64,000 nt of DNA, from positions 448,001-512,000 of the forward strand of contig CAXXFL010000007.1 of NCBI GenBank assembly GCA_963674965.2, given 5' to 3'. Below, in pieces: positions 12,101 to 19,297 of the stretch. Position 1 is the first letter of the stretch; every line of letters begins with the position of its first letter. The notes below the pieces were generated by a model. That model searched no databases, was not told where the DNA came from, and worked only from the letters and a program-made list of their open reading frames with translations. Both the position numbers and the translations under genes were made by a program. Origin of the DNA: a bacterium. Its GTDB lineage: Bacteria > RBG-13-61-14 > DATKZS01.

Positions 12101-15100
12101 CGTGGTGGCGGTTTCTGACGCCAAGCTGGTGAGCGCGCAGGCGACGATCATCATCTCTGGCGAGGTCGAGGTGGCCCCGGCGGTGGTCCGCCTGAGCGCG
12201 GGCTCGGCGGCGACCTTCACCGCCTCGGGCGGTAGCGGCGACTTCAGTTGGACGGTCAACGGCGGCTCTTGCGTATTGTCGGGCGACCGTGATGAAACGT
12301 GTTCGTATACGGCCTTCGAGTCGAGCGGGCAGTACTCGGTGAAGGCGCAGGCGGGCTCGGGCGAGAGCTTCACCAGCCGCGTGATCGTCACCGATCCGGT
12401 GGGCCGGGCCATCGTGGTGGTGGGCGGCGGCCTGGTGGACTCGAACCGTCAGGTCGAGGCTCTGAACTCCCTTGGCCACCTCGCCTACGAGACCCTTTTG
12501 GCTCGCGGCTTCGAGCCGGACCAGATCATGTACCTCAATCCCGACGCGACCCAGGCCTACGACGGCGACGGCGACGGCTACGCGGACGACGTGGACGGCG
12601 CGCCCACCCCGGCCGCTCTGCAGGCGGCCATCCTGGATTGGGCCACCGCCGACCTGGGGGTGGACAACCCGGGCGTGGGTCCGGGCGTGCCGCTCATTAT
12701 CTACATGGTCGACCACGGCGGCGACGACTCGTTCCTCATCAACTTCACGGCCGCGGGCGCGGGCCAGGAGGTGACCCCCACCCAGCTCGACTCGTGGATC
12801 GACGCGGTGCAGGGGGGCGACACCTCGAACCCGAACGGGGTAGACGTGGTGGTGATTTACGACGCCTGCCGGTCGGGCAGCTTCCTGGACGAGGTGGGCG
12901 GCGGCGGTTCCGACCGTATCGTGATCACCAGCTCGGCGTCCTCGGAGAGCGCATACTTTGGCGTATCGGGCACGATCAGCTTCAGCCAGTTTTTCTGGCA
13001 GCGGGTCCGGACGGGCGCCACTCTCAAGTCGGCCTTCAACGACGCGGCGGCGGCGCTGGCCACCTGGGCCACGCAGACGCCGTGGCTGGACGACAACGGG
13101 AGCGGGACTTACGCGGCCACCGGCGACGGCAAGGACGGCGACGTTGCGGACCTTTTCGTGGTGGGCGCGGACTTCGTGACCGGCGCGGTGCTTCCCGAGC
13201 TGACACCTCGCGGCGACGCGCTGCTCGAGGGCGACAGCCTGGATATTTACTCGGGCATACTTTACGCCAGCTCGAGCGAGATATCGGCCATGTTCGCCAT
13301 TTTGACGCCGCCTGGCTTCTCACCTCCCCAGTCGGAGGGCAACTTCGACACGCCCTGGCTGGAGGACGAGGAGGGCAATCCCCTGCCTCGCGTTTACCTC
13401 GAGTACTCGAGCGCGACGGACGACTGGCGGCGTCGGCTGGACTCGGCCGAGCTGGCCGAGCTGTTCACGGTCAACGGCCGATATACTGCAACGTTATACG
13501 CGATCGATCTCGAGGGCCGGGTGACGGCGGCGGCGGAGTTCTCGATCACGGTGTTCGGCCCGGACCCTTACGAGGACGACGACTGGTGGAGCTCCGGCTC
13601 GAGCGTCGAGGTTAACTCGAGCTCGGCGCAGGCCCACAACTTCCACGACTCGGGCGACCGTGACTGGGTGAAGTTCTCCGTGGCCTTTGGGGACACGGGA
13701 TATTACTCTGTGTATACGGAGAACCTGGCGGACCGCTGCGACACGGTGATCGAGCTTTACGGCTACTCGGTGGCCGGCTCGACGGTGGTCCCCATCGCGT
13801 TCGACGACGACTCGGGCCAGGACGGCGGCGGCTCGAGCCGTATTTTCATGTACCTGTCCGAGGGTCTTTATTACGCTGAAGTATATCAATACGGCGACAC
13901 TATCGGGGGCCAGGACACGGAGTACGACCTCCGGGTGGACCACGACGAGGGCGACTACGGCTCGGTCGAGGGCTACGTGACGGACTCGGTGACGGGCTTC
14001 GGGGTGCAGGGCGCGAACGTGATCGTGATCCTTGGCGGTCCTCCCCGCGTGGCCACCACCGGGGCGGGCGGCTATTACAAGCTCTCGAGCCTCCTGGCGG
14101 GCTCTGGATATCCCATGCAGGTGCAGGCGGCGAACTTCACCACCTGGTCGGGGACGGTGAACGTTGGCGTGAACCAGACCACCAGGAAGGACGTGGTGCT
14201 GGCGGCGAAGACCGGCACCTCGGGCGTGCTGATGGGCCACGTTTACGGTCACGGCGGCGCGCCGCTGGTGGGGGTCGGGCTCGAGGTCTCGGGCAAGTCC
14301 GTGGTGAGCGAGGCGGGCGGCCTTTACTCGATCCGTCTTGCTCCCGGAGCGGCCTACGTTTATTCGAGCTGGCCGGGCTACGAGCCGTACCTCGAGGAGG
14401 GGCTAATGGTTGTGGCCGGCGATACCACGGTGCATGAGGTGTCGCTCGAGCCGGTGGACACCGACGGCGACGGCCTTCCGGACTGGATCGAGACCTCGGG
14501 CTGCACTGACGAGTCCGAGGCGGACTCGGACGGCGACGGCTTATGCGACGGCGATACCGCGGTGTATGACGGCGCGACGATTATCTGCTCGGCGGGCGAG
14601 GACATGGATCTTGACGGCGAGGTCGGGGCCTCGGAGACCGACCCCTGCGACGACGACTCGGACGGCGACCTCCTCGGCGACGGCGACGAGGCGCTGACTT
14701 ACGGCACGGACCCGCTCGAGGTTGACACGGACTCGGACGGCCTCGGCGACCGCCTCGAGGCGGTGGTCGTAAGCTGCCTCGATCCGACTGACGACGACAC
14801 GGACGACGACGGCCTTCTGGACGGAACGTCGAGCGGCGAGGACAAGGACGGCGACGGGGTTGTTGACGCGACGGAGACGAGCCCTTGCCTTTTCGATACG
14901 GATACGGATACGCTGGGCGACGGCGCGGAGGTGACGGTATACGGCACGGACCCGCTCGAGGTTGACACGGACTCGGACGGCCTGAGCGACGGGCTCGAGG
15001 TCCCCTGGTGCACGTCGCCCACGGACGAGGACAGCGACGGTGACGGGCTTCTGGACGGCACGCCGAGCGGGGAGGACAAGGACGGCGACGGGGTGGTGGA

Positions 15101-16223
15101 CGCGACCGAGACCAACCCCTGCGCCTTTGACAGCGACTCGGACGGCATCGGCGACGGGCTCGAGCTTGGGACTTACGGCACCAACCCGCTTAGGCAGGAT
15201 ACTGATTCGGATGGGATCGGCGACTACGTCGAGGCGGTCTCGAGCGCCTGTCTCGACGCTACGGAGGCGGACACCGACGGCGACGGCCTTCTCGACGGGA
15301 CCATATTCGGTGAGGACAAGGACGGCGACGGCGTGGTGGACCCGGGCGAGACCAACCCCTGCCTCGAGGACAGCGACGAGGACGGGCTCGGTGACGACGA
15401 GGAGCCGGGGCTGGGCCTGGACCCCCTCGAGTGGGACACGGACGGCGACGCTCTTCCCGACGGCTACGAGGTGGCGAACTCGAGCGGCCATGCCTTGAAC
15501 CTCGATCCGCTCGACCCGGCTGACGGCTGCGCGTCTGACTTTGACGGCGACGGCAACGCCAACTGCCACGAGTATTACAACGGCACGGACATTTGGTCGG
15601 AGAACGTGACGGGCGGCTCGGCCTGCTTCAGCTGGGCGGACTCGGGGAGCACGGTCAGCGCCGACGGCCTGGTTTCGCCCCTGGACCTCGGCGCCTTGAA
15701 CGCCCGCGCGTCGCTGAAGGACGCGTCCTACACGGGCGTGCTCCCACCCAACGGCGACTCGCAGGAGCTCGATATGGACGAGATTATCTCGGCGCTCGAC
15801 CTGGCGGTCCTGCGCCAGATGGTGGCCAACCTCTCCACCTCCGGCAACCCCAGCCGTCCGGTCGCCCTCGAGGTTTACGGCGACACGGCGGTCACGGCCG
15901 AGGTGGGAAGCACGGTGCGGATCGAGCTGGGCGCGCTCAACCAGGGCGGCAAGCACACCTCGAGCCTCGGAATCATCTTCACCATCGACCCCTCCTCGAC
16001 CGCCTCGGCCACCCTCCTCGGCGGCGACGGCTCGGCCTCGAGCGGCCGCTACGACGTGACCGGCCCCATCGCCACCGGCGGCCGCTCCGCCATCGTCCTC
16101 CTCCCCACCGCCCCCGGCGCCCTCCTCCTCAACGCCCACCTCCCCCCATGCGGCGTTGACGGAAAAGGCCGCTACTGCGAAGAGCTGATCAAACAGCCCC
16201 TGGTAACGGTGACGGTGGAGTAG
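3144..16223 (+). CDS. Giant secreted multidomain surface protein (~4360 aa): Ca-binding DxDxDG repeats, C-type lectin, propeller-like, FN3/Ig, clan CD peptidase, PPC-like, carboxypeptidase-regulatory-like, dockerin-like
   Basis: Uninterrupted ORF from 3039. The likely start is ATG 3144 after GGGAG, followed by a signal peptide (MMKRLRTAFVLAMFFFLFGLTQSALA-QD). Domain motifs were read from the translation. Confidence 0.88.
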   Translation: MMKRLRTAFVLAMFFFLFGLTQSALAQDSDGDGIFDYWERLHPCLDPEVDDSSLDPDSDGMTSLAEYQYSTLMDPCTADSDGGGEIDGDEVAGNRHPLNQWDDLTVTYTGAGAVSHYQPLREDYQDSRSQYIYPASVFGDSGTIRSFAIYLSTVPGSTIEDFTIRMKHTDKLSYGTQSEWEGPDSGWTTVYHLDTKISSTGWYFFNFSTPFQYNGEDNVMVDFSFYQNSAVSSGYCRYSGLGYWSILYNRSNGVFGDPLLFEGDYPPIDNNYTYRSMSMVNLQILTRKTDSDGDWLPDAWEENYSCMMASTADSGSDYDSDGLDNEEEFNFATDPCNPDTDGGGESDYDEFDNGRDPLNELDDVIFAETGTGTVSFQQPLRTGYHESRTQQIYLASEIGGAGAINTLSLNVSVVPGQTAENFTIRMKHTDLDLFSTIAFDGPDSGWTTVFQDDVKVSSTGWIQFDLSTPFIYNGTDNLMVDFSFDNSSATTDGRVWSSSVGSIRSIYYRSNSNAYGDPLDWPTASLPTPYTSTYLNNMRMTIVNPGDADFDGLTNGQEILIGTDPYYPDTDQDGIRDGWENSYGTDPLVRDSNQDPDADGLTNLSEYMAGTSPQLSDSDGGGVGDSVEMRGGYDPTDSLEEYAGREILLGGTSSGNWTAAGRARGNKLRVTQPAVLRSFSQYLSVPAGSEIYFTIYEGDTLDGVYDKIWQKKFTPESGGEGWYDSGPIDAHLDAGKFYSIMAIWGSTYSVTYYGGTEYSLPGLSTFFGEVVYGAFLNTVTMPPPDTESPGNNTPYFYYQKLNLCEKGCYPEKVAIFRDSTGYGMNDAALLDSRGVEYDVYTNSGIGVTDLSKYDKVIVHGYQSEAFYDKLEDNMYWVNQWVAAGGNFDFQGFTSTNRWHFIHRIPTNISSPNSDLVYSPQIMQPYHSLMIGVSPSSISPYYGRGKFGTWGGDPTHLISGSGTNPIHDVFDYGEGRTICTTIPVNLSSLPARAKNILRNMTLAEKDPPTCEGLDSVLAGSTANSSWMYYYNVGNKYYVSQDSVLVSFSGFLDPQPGKFLDCRVFEAKSPEDEFEEVYQRKVYTADGTADWYGPADMEVHLESGKYYAMTCGWGNDATYYYYETSPSFPLETEFGQLEYGASKAGFPLAKEIKISSSAKYMFRQRVVTRPSDCRGPDKDGDWIEDDVESILSTSSSSPDSDGDYMPDGWEEAFNLDPKFANGDEDEDGDGLTNLDEFAWGTYPTVRDTDLDGLNDDVEVLLAHTRPDNADSDADGMGDLSEFIEGTDPWDADSDDDELPDGWEFDNGLDPLVDVSPILDPDGDGLTNWQEYYYGTDPQSVDSDGDGISDVDEITLTLTIPWDADSDGDGMDDLWEIENGLDPLSDDSDQDPDSDTISNAMEYFLQTDPNDYDIDIDHDGLLNSFENQFGTDQQDPDTDGGLEWDGLEVMVGNDPNDDSDDRGWLPGSTVIVSDIYDFDFVTARTKGGDMHALWTQRDNPQEDRYGIYYSLYAAGWYAPTMLCATTVQGLDMVAYGSTVHVAWIRNGYDMWNDSVVYQARDRYGVWGSSVELAADSHYGVKLAANNLGEVYAFFGAAGGDTMLYRVRSSGVWAPAAEVPLDIYRYSNNNREFAVTADVSGNIHMAYEQLDDVPQTLWYTMFDRTAWTEPVNLANDMANTGAGRPRIVTDKDGDPHVLYIAAVSGDNELFYRNRKDGVWSDSEHIDAFAVAGAYDLGLDYYQNLYIASFSKFTAMAGFGMVGPIKYLPSSWNRANKLIVEQDVNRLHLFYNKTVSGDQDAHYHTILQYEDTDSDGLNDLQEFLMGSNPAMSDSDSDGLDDPTEFHYGSDPNLADSDDDGIIDGDETEIEMPFNCLEDGCSIAGCTLGHFDGHNYLACSGPLIWQNARDFCRAYGGDLASIEYYDEKEYLEEITSTTAWVGLNDMQIENRFEWSNGNPFAYKPWASNEPNDSGYNQDCAYISGVNGALYDYSCTYARAFICEDGTHLDPNDPDSDGGGEEDGLELYLGKDPLDPDDDYAHGPISIAYADSTENPKNLNLILDENGRISILYHVDYYSGGYIDEIRITSSTDGGESWGDYQMVWTETGWEGVTFYDAAVLAPNSVMFMLDSDTTLYSGIYSGTTVTALSVITREFSDVEDPATLSVIGANTVMAVFNAWPPPEAANQAIQVYYAIWTSSGGWGPVSMLSDQYAANEGALYPTTYVSADGKVHVVYEALVYTPEGDRSEVYYRCWDGSSWSPEEIVMVDTDGQLAYATITVSENGERHVQTNRISIEGVLYSVLYANYDGDEWTEPIFLGGDFYLSMPYGLVSERITETHPQILHSFAIAPESGLNQVYRISRFNKYWTKPILFLPNHEPAETLADPYGTIHMIGEIAGADRRIFYTSYYYPDTDLDGITDDGEYYNGSDMDNPDSDGDGLTDYEELIITDTDPNSEDTDSDGLLDADEVASGTDPNLWDSDSDGLPDAWEVLAGTSALIDDNTADPDGDGLTNYQEFSYNTDPINPEPIPSSTCSAPEYYNGNSIPVQYSCDTYIAELDLYVSFNSSPFINMAAFGYTHSCVGLQFFFTPYWGDGTYQFATRARIGDALLEEVPTAAETTCILDRQKPSLPTPDDDGDYTSIVSSINAYAEATDQGLAGIDNYYYAIGTSAYPNSGWNSVITWNWDDGDGDVHHVFGTTTLDYNETYYVTVGAIDLAGNTSQPQSTNGIVVDVTPPAVPVVIDDGTYTGYTDRFHATWTCGGDSVSGIVRYYYAIGTSVGSTVIAGWTSNATLTEVTRFGLELEDGSSYFIGVRAVNGAGLTSVGWSDGILVDSRGPEIAWSSPAHREIVNDDMPPVDLPVSINFIDPGGAGIDWASLEMVLDFSTVQSFSQDGDTVSFDALALDLGNHVVNVQVADLAGNGLNRNVIFVVEDPRRVIINPVYVEWAPGDGDATFVADGGTGAYRWAATGGALDSFTGAEVVFTPGPEAGAYVVAVSDAKLVSAQATIIISGEVEVAPAVVRLSAGSAATFTASGGSGDFSWTVNGGSCVLSGDRDETCSYTAFESSGQYSVKAQAGSGESFTSRVIVTDPVGRAIVVVGGGLVDSNRQVEALNSLGHLAYETLLARGFEPDQIMYLNPDATQAYDGDGDGYADDVDGAPTPAALQAAILDWATADLGVDNPGVGPGVPLIIYMVDHGGDDSFLINFTAAGAGQEVTPTQLDSWIDAVQGGDTSNPNGVDVVVIYDACRSGSFLDEVGGGGSDRIVITSSASSESAYFGVSGTISFSQFFWQRVRTGATLKSAFNDAAAALATWATQTPWLDDNGSGTYAATGDGKDGDVADLFVVGADFVTGAVLPELTPRGDALLEGDSLDIYSGILYASSSEISAMFAILTPPGFSPPQSEGNFDTPWLEDEEGNPLPRVYLEYSSATDDWRRRLDSAELAELFTVNGRYTATLYAIDLEGRVTAAAEFSITVFGPDPYEDDDWWSSGSSVEVNSSSAQAHNFHDSGDRDWVKFSVAFGDTGYYSVYTENLADRCDTVIELYGYSVAGSTVVPIAFDDDSGQDGGGSSRIFMYLSEGLYYAEVYQYGDTIGGQDTEYDLRVDHDEGDYGSVEGYVTDSVTGFGVQGANVIVILGGPPRVATTGAGGYYKLSSLLAGSGYPMQVQAANFTTWSGTVNVGVNQTTRKDVVLAAKTGTSGVLMGHVYGHGGAPLVGVGLEVSGKSVVSEAGGLYSIRLAPGAAYVYSSWPGYEPYLEEGLMVVAGDTTVHEVSLEPVDTDGDGLPDWIETSGCTDESEADSDGDGLCDGDTAVYDGATIICSAGEDMDLDGEVGASETDPCDDDSDGDLLGDGDEALTYGTDPLEVDTDSDGLGDRLEAVVVSCLDPTDDDTDDDGLLDGTSSGEDKDGDGVVDATETSPCLFDTDTDTLGDGAEVTVYGTDPLEVDTDSDGLSDGLEVPWCTSPTDEDSDGDGLLDGTPSGEDKDGDGVVDATETNPCAFDSDSDGIGDGLELGTYGTNPLRQDTDSDGIGDYVEAVSSACLDATEADTDGDGLLDGTIFGEDKDGDGVVDPGETNPCLEDSDEDGLGDDEEPGLGLDPLEWDTDGDALPDGYEVANSSGHALNLDPLDPADGCASDFDGDGNANCHEYYNGTDIWSENVTGGSACFSWADSGSTVSADGLVSPLDLGALNARASLKDASYTGVLPPNGDSQELDMDEIISALDLAVLRQMVANLSTSGNPSRPVALEVYGDTAVTAEVGSTVRIELGALNQGGKHTSSLGIIFTIDPSSTASATLLGGDGSASSGRYDVTGPIATGGRSAIVLLPTAPGALLLNAHLPPCGVDGKGRYCEELIKQPLVTVTVE
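14598..15430 (+). repeat. Intragenic tandem repeats of ~234-240 bp (four units) encoding GEDKDGDGVVDxxETxPCxxDxDxDG
   Basis: The GAGGAC(A)... anchor recurs at 14598, 14838, 15072 and 15312. Segments starting at 14701 and 14941 are identical over about 40 nt. Confidence 0.85.
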
Positions 16224-16237
16224 AGGAGAATGAACAA

Positions 16238-16271
16238 ATCCCCAGTCTCCCCTCGAGAGGAGGCTGGGGAT
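16238..16271. terminator. Hairpin between convergent genes, probable bidirectional terminator
   Basis: ATCCCCAGTCTCC / GGAGGCTGGGGAT stem with A/T-rich flanks. Confidence 0.7.
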
Positions 16272-16285
16272 ATTTAAATAGGGTT

Positions 16286-17470
16286 TTATCTCTTCTCGAT
16301 CGGGACGTAAGGCCGGTTGTGGTCGCCGATGTATTCCTGGGTGGGCCGGAATATCCTGTTGGCGCTTACCTGTTCAATCCAATGGGCGGCCCATCCGGCT
16401 ATTCTTGAGAGGGCGAAGATTGAGGTGAACATATCCACGGGGATGCCCAGCGCCTCGAGCACGATGCCGGAGTAGAAATCCACGTTCGGGTAGAGGCTTT
16501 TAGACCCCAGTTTCTGGGCGGTGCATTCCTCGAGTCTTTTGGCGATAGCGTAGAGCGTTTTCACCTCTTCTCCCGCCAGCTTGGCGACGACGTCGGAGAT
16601 GTATTCCTCGAGTATTTCAGCCCTTGGGTCTTTCACCTTGTAAACCCTGTGGCCGATACCCATGATCCTGTTTTTGGACGCGAGTTGTTCCTCGACGAAC
16701 TCCTGGACGTTGTCGGGATGCCCGATGGAATAGAGCATCCTGAGTACCCTCTCGTTGGCTCCTCCATGAGCGGTGCCGCTCAGGGCGCCGACGGCGCCGG
16801 ACACTGATGAGTAGATGCTGGCGTTGGTGGAGGCGATGGACCTGGTGACGAAGGTCGAGGCGTTCATGCTGTGCTCGGCGTGAAGGATGAGGAACCTGTC
16901 GAAGACCTTGGCGGCCAGCTTGTCGGGCGGCTCTCCTGTGAGCATGAAAAGGAAATTCTCGGCGTGAGTGTATTTTCCCACCGGCGGCAGCGGCTCCTCC
17001 CCGTGCCTGTACCTTTCGAAGGCGGCGATGATGGTGGGGAACTTCGCGATAAGCGCGATGGCCCTTCTCAAATTATGCTGGGCGCTGGAGGTGTCGTCGG
17101 CGTAGAAGTCGTCTCCCTGCAGAAGAGCGACCGAGGCCTGCAGGGCCAGCATGGGATGCATTCCCACCGGTAAGTCCTCAATGGTGTGCCTTATGGCGCG
17201 CGGGATGTGTCGCAGTTTGCTAAGGAGCATGGTGAACTGGCTGAATTCCCTCTCGCTGGGCAGATGGCTATAAAGAAGAAGATACGCCGTTTCCTCGAAC
17301 GAACTGTAAGTGGCGAGTTCCTTAACGTTTATCCCCCGATACTCGAGCACTCCTTCTTTTCCGTTGACGTGGCATATACTGGATTTAGTGGCGACGACCC
17401 CCTCGAGACCGGGCTTGTATTTGCTCGCCGGCGCCGTCTCTTTTTTCTTTGTCGTTTTAATTTCGGCCAT
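16286..17470 (-). CDS. gltA: Citrate synthase family (citrate or 2-methylcitrate synthase)
   Basis: Motifs GLEGVVA, LHAEHSMNASTF, HGGANE, GIGHRVYK and YPNVDFYSG. Start ATG 17470 follows GGAGG. Confidence 0.88.
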   Translation of the reverse strand: MAEIKTTKKKETAPASKYKPGLEGVVATKSSICHVNGKEGVLEYRGINVKELATYSSFEETAYLLLYSHLPSEREFSQFTMLLSKLRHIPRAIRHTIEDLPVGMHPMLALQASVALLQGDDFYADDTSSAQHNLRRAIALIAKFPTIIAAFERYRHGEEPLPPVGKYTHAENFLFMLTGEPPDKLAAKVFDRFLILHAEHSMNASTFVTRSIASTNASIYSSVSGAVGALSGTAHGGANERVLRMLYSIGHPDNVQEFVEEQLASKNRIMGIGHRVYKVKDPRAEILEEYISDVVAKLAGEEVKTLYAIAKRLEECTAQKLGSKSLYPNVDFYSGIVLEALGIPVDMFTSIFALSRIAGWAAHWIEQVSANRIFRPTQEYIGDHNRPYVPIEKR

Positions 17471-17629
17471 TTTAACCTCCGGGACTTTCATTATATTGAG
17501 CATTATTATCGTATATATTTTATTATGGTTCAATTTCATTTCGTGAAAGCATAACGCGACATGAGACTTTCGCGGGAAAGTAGTTCTTGATCGGAGTATA
17601 CCCGGACGGCATGCACGTGGCGTATTCAC

Positions 17630-19297
17630 TTATTTATTATCGACTACTTCCCACATAGTAACGATCACGGGACCTTGAATCTGGAGCACGGGCTTGAACC
17701 TTTCGGGCCATTTTTCCAGCATGGGCCGGAGGGCCTCGATATTGAAGCCGGTGATAAGGTAATCGACCTTATTATCCTGGATGTTTTTCCACTGTATTTC
17801 GGGCCTGTGATCGGGCGGAATGAAAACCGACTTTCTTCCGCTGTACATATAGGTAATCATGGGAATGCGGCTCATGACGACGGCGTCCGGCGGGATTGTA
17901 TTTCTTGCGGCGGCGTTAATGATCAGGAAGTTGGTTTGCAATTTGATCCTGGAGGTCATGGCGAACCGGGCGTCCCGGTAGGACACGTCGTATTTAGCCC
18001 AGTTAATAATAGGTTTCTTCCACGAGCCGAACCCGGTGACGTAGACGGGTTTTTTAGGTTCTCTTCCGTCGGCGAATTTATCCAGCGTCAGTCCGCTGAC
18101 GGAGAAAACCTGAGCGGCCGCCGCGATGGCGATCACGGCGTACAGGGCGCAGGCGCCGATCTTTTCCCCCGCCGCCCGCTTCATGGCCCACTCGATTGCG
18201 CCGTACAGATAAAAGCAGGTAAGGGCGACCAGGGGATACAGGAACCTGTCCTCCTGGTATGGCCACACGAGAAGGATGAGGAGCGAGACGATATAGAAAC
18301 AGGACATGGCCCTCTCTCCCCGATAAATCTCCCTTATCAGGCCGGCCATGGCCATCAGGCCCAGGGCCCATCCCAGGACGTTCGCGACCTTGTTGGGCAA
18401 AGGAAGAATCCAGGTGACGCAAAACGAGTGCATGCCTAAAAGGGGGACGTGGTATTTCAGGTTGTTCAGCACCCTTTCGGCCAGGTCCATTGGCCCAATG
18501 GTACCCATTTCGAGGCGGTAAGGGTCCTTGGCGAAAAACTGTCCGGCGTAGACGGCGGACTCGCCGCTCACGATCTTGTTTCTCAGCGCCCATGCAAAGG
18601 CCAGCGCGATAAAAACGGCGGCGACCACCATCCAGGACTTGATCCTGATTTTTCCGATTCGCGTCATCGAGCCCCTCGACCAAAGAGCAAAGGCGACCGC
18701 GGCGAGGAGGGCCACCCCGGCGGTCCTGGTGAAGTAAGCGGCCATGGCCAGGAGCGCCATTGCCACCGTCCTTTTCGCGCTTATGTTCTCGTCCTTCCAG
18801 TCGTGCAAAAGATAGAGCGTGAGCGCGCAGAAGAGGAGGTAGAGCGGCTCGGACAGGAGATGTCCGCTCTGGATATAAACGAGAGGAACGGTCCCGAAAA
18901 TCAATCCAAACACGAGGCCGGCGGCTTTCTTCCCGGCCACTTTCGCGGCGAGGGCGGCCAGTATGACGGCCGCGGCCACGTTGGCCAGAATAATCATGGC
19001 GTGCATGGCGGGAAGGGGATTGTCGAATACAAGGTTGGGGGGAGCGAGGAAGAGGGGGAACATGAATGGGTACTTGGTATGTGGCGGCTCGCCCGCCAGG
19101 AAGAGGTCCACGTATCCCTTGCCCTCGGCGATCGACCGGGAGAGGAGGAAGTAAACGGCGTTGTCTCCTCCCAGGTGCCCGCCCAGTTCCGCCGAGACCG
19201 CGGTCATGTGGAGGGAAGCGAGAACGACCGCGAGCGCCGCCCACGGCCACGCCCTGGGGGCGAATTGCCCGAGCGCCGGTTTCAATTGCCCATCCAT
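17630..19297 (-). CDS. ArnT/PMT-like (GT-C) multi-pass membrane glycosyltransferase
   Basis: GGDNAVY...LSRSIAEGKGY, YPFMFP, LLSEPLY and RFLYPL motifs, with many TM segments. Confidence 0.7.
   Translation of the reverse strand: MDGQLKPALGQFAPRAWPWAALAVVLASLHMTAVSAELGGHLGGDNAVYFLLSRSIAEGKGYVDLFLAGEPPHTKYPFMFPLFLAPPNLVFDNPLPAMHAMIILANVAAAVILAALAAKVAGKKAAGLVFGLIFGTVPLVYIQSGHLLSEPLYLLFCALTLYLLHDWKDENISAKRTVAMALLAMAAYFTRTAGVALLAAVAFALWSRGSMTRIGKIRIKSWMVVAAVFIALAFAWALRNKIVSGESAVYAGQFFAKDPYRLEMGTIGPMDLAERVLNNLKYHVPLLGMHSFCVTWILPLPNKVANVLGWALGLMAMAGLIREIYRGERAMSCFYIVSLLILLVWPYQEDRFLYPLVALTCFYLYGAIEWAMKRAAGEKIGACALYAVIAIAAAAQVFSVSGLTLDKFADGREPKKPVYVTGFGSWKKPIINWAKYDVSYRDARFAMTSRIKLQTNFLIINAAARNTIPPDAVVMSRIPMITYMYSGRKSVFIPPDHRPEIQWKNIQDNKVDYLITGFNIEALRPMLEKWPERFKPVLQIQGPVIVTMWEVVDNK

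Noticed and set aside
14598-15430. Periodic repeats as a possible CRISPR array or DGR template
   Set aside because: They are in-frame coding repeats with no unique spacers, and no cas or reverse transcriptase gene is present.
11055-16139. Long antisense and alternate-frame ORFs (11055-12716, 12299-13615, 14541-16139)
   Set aside because: These are shadow ORFs of a high-GC repetitive gene, with no motifs and typical mirrored composition.
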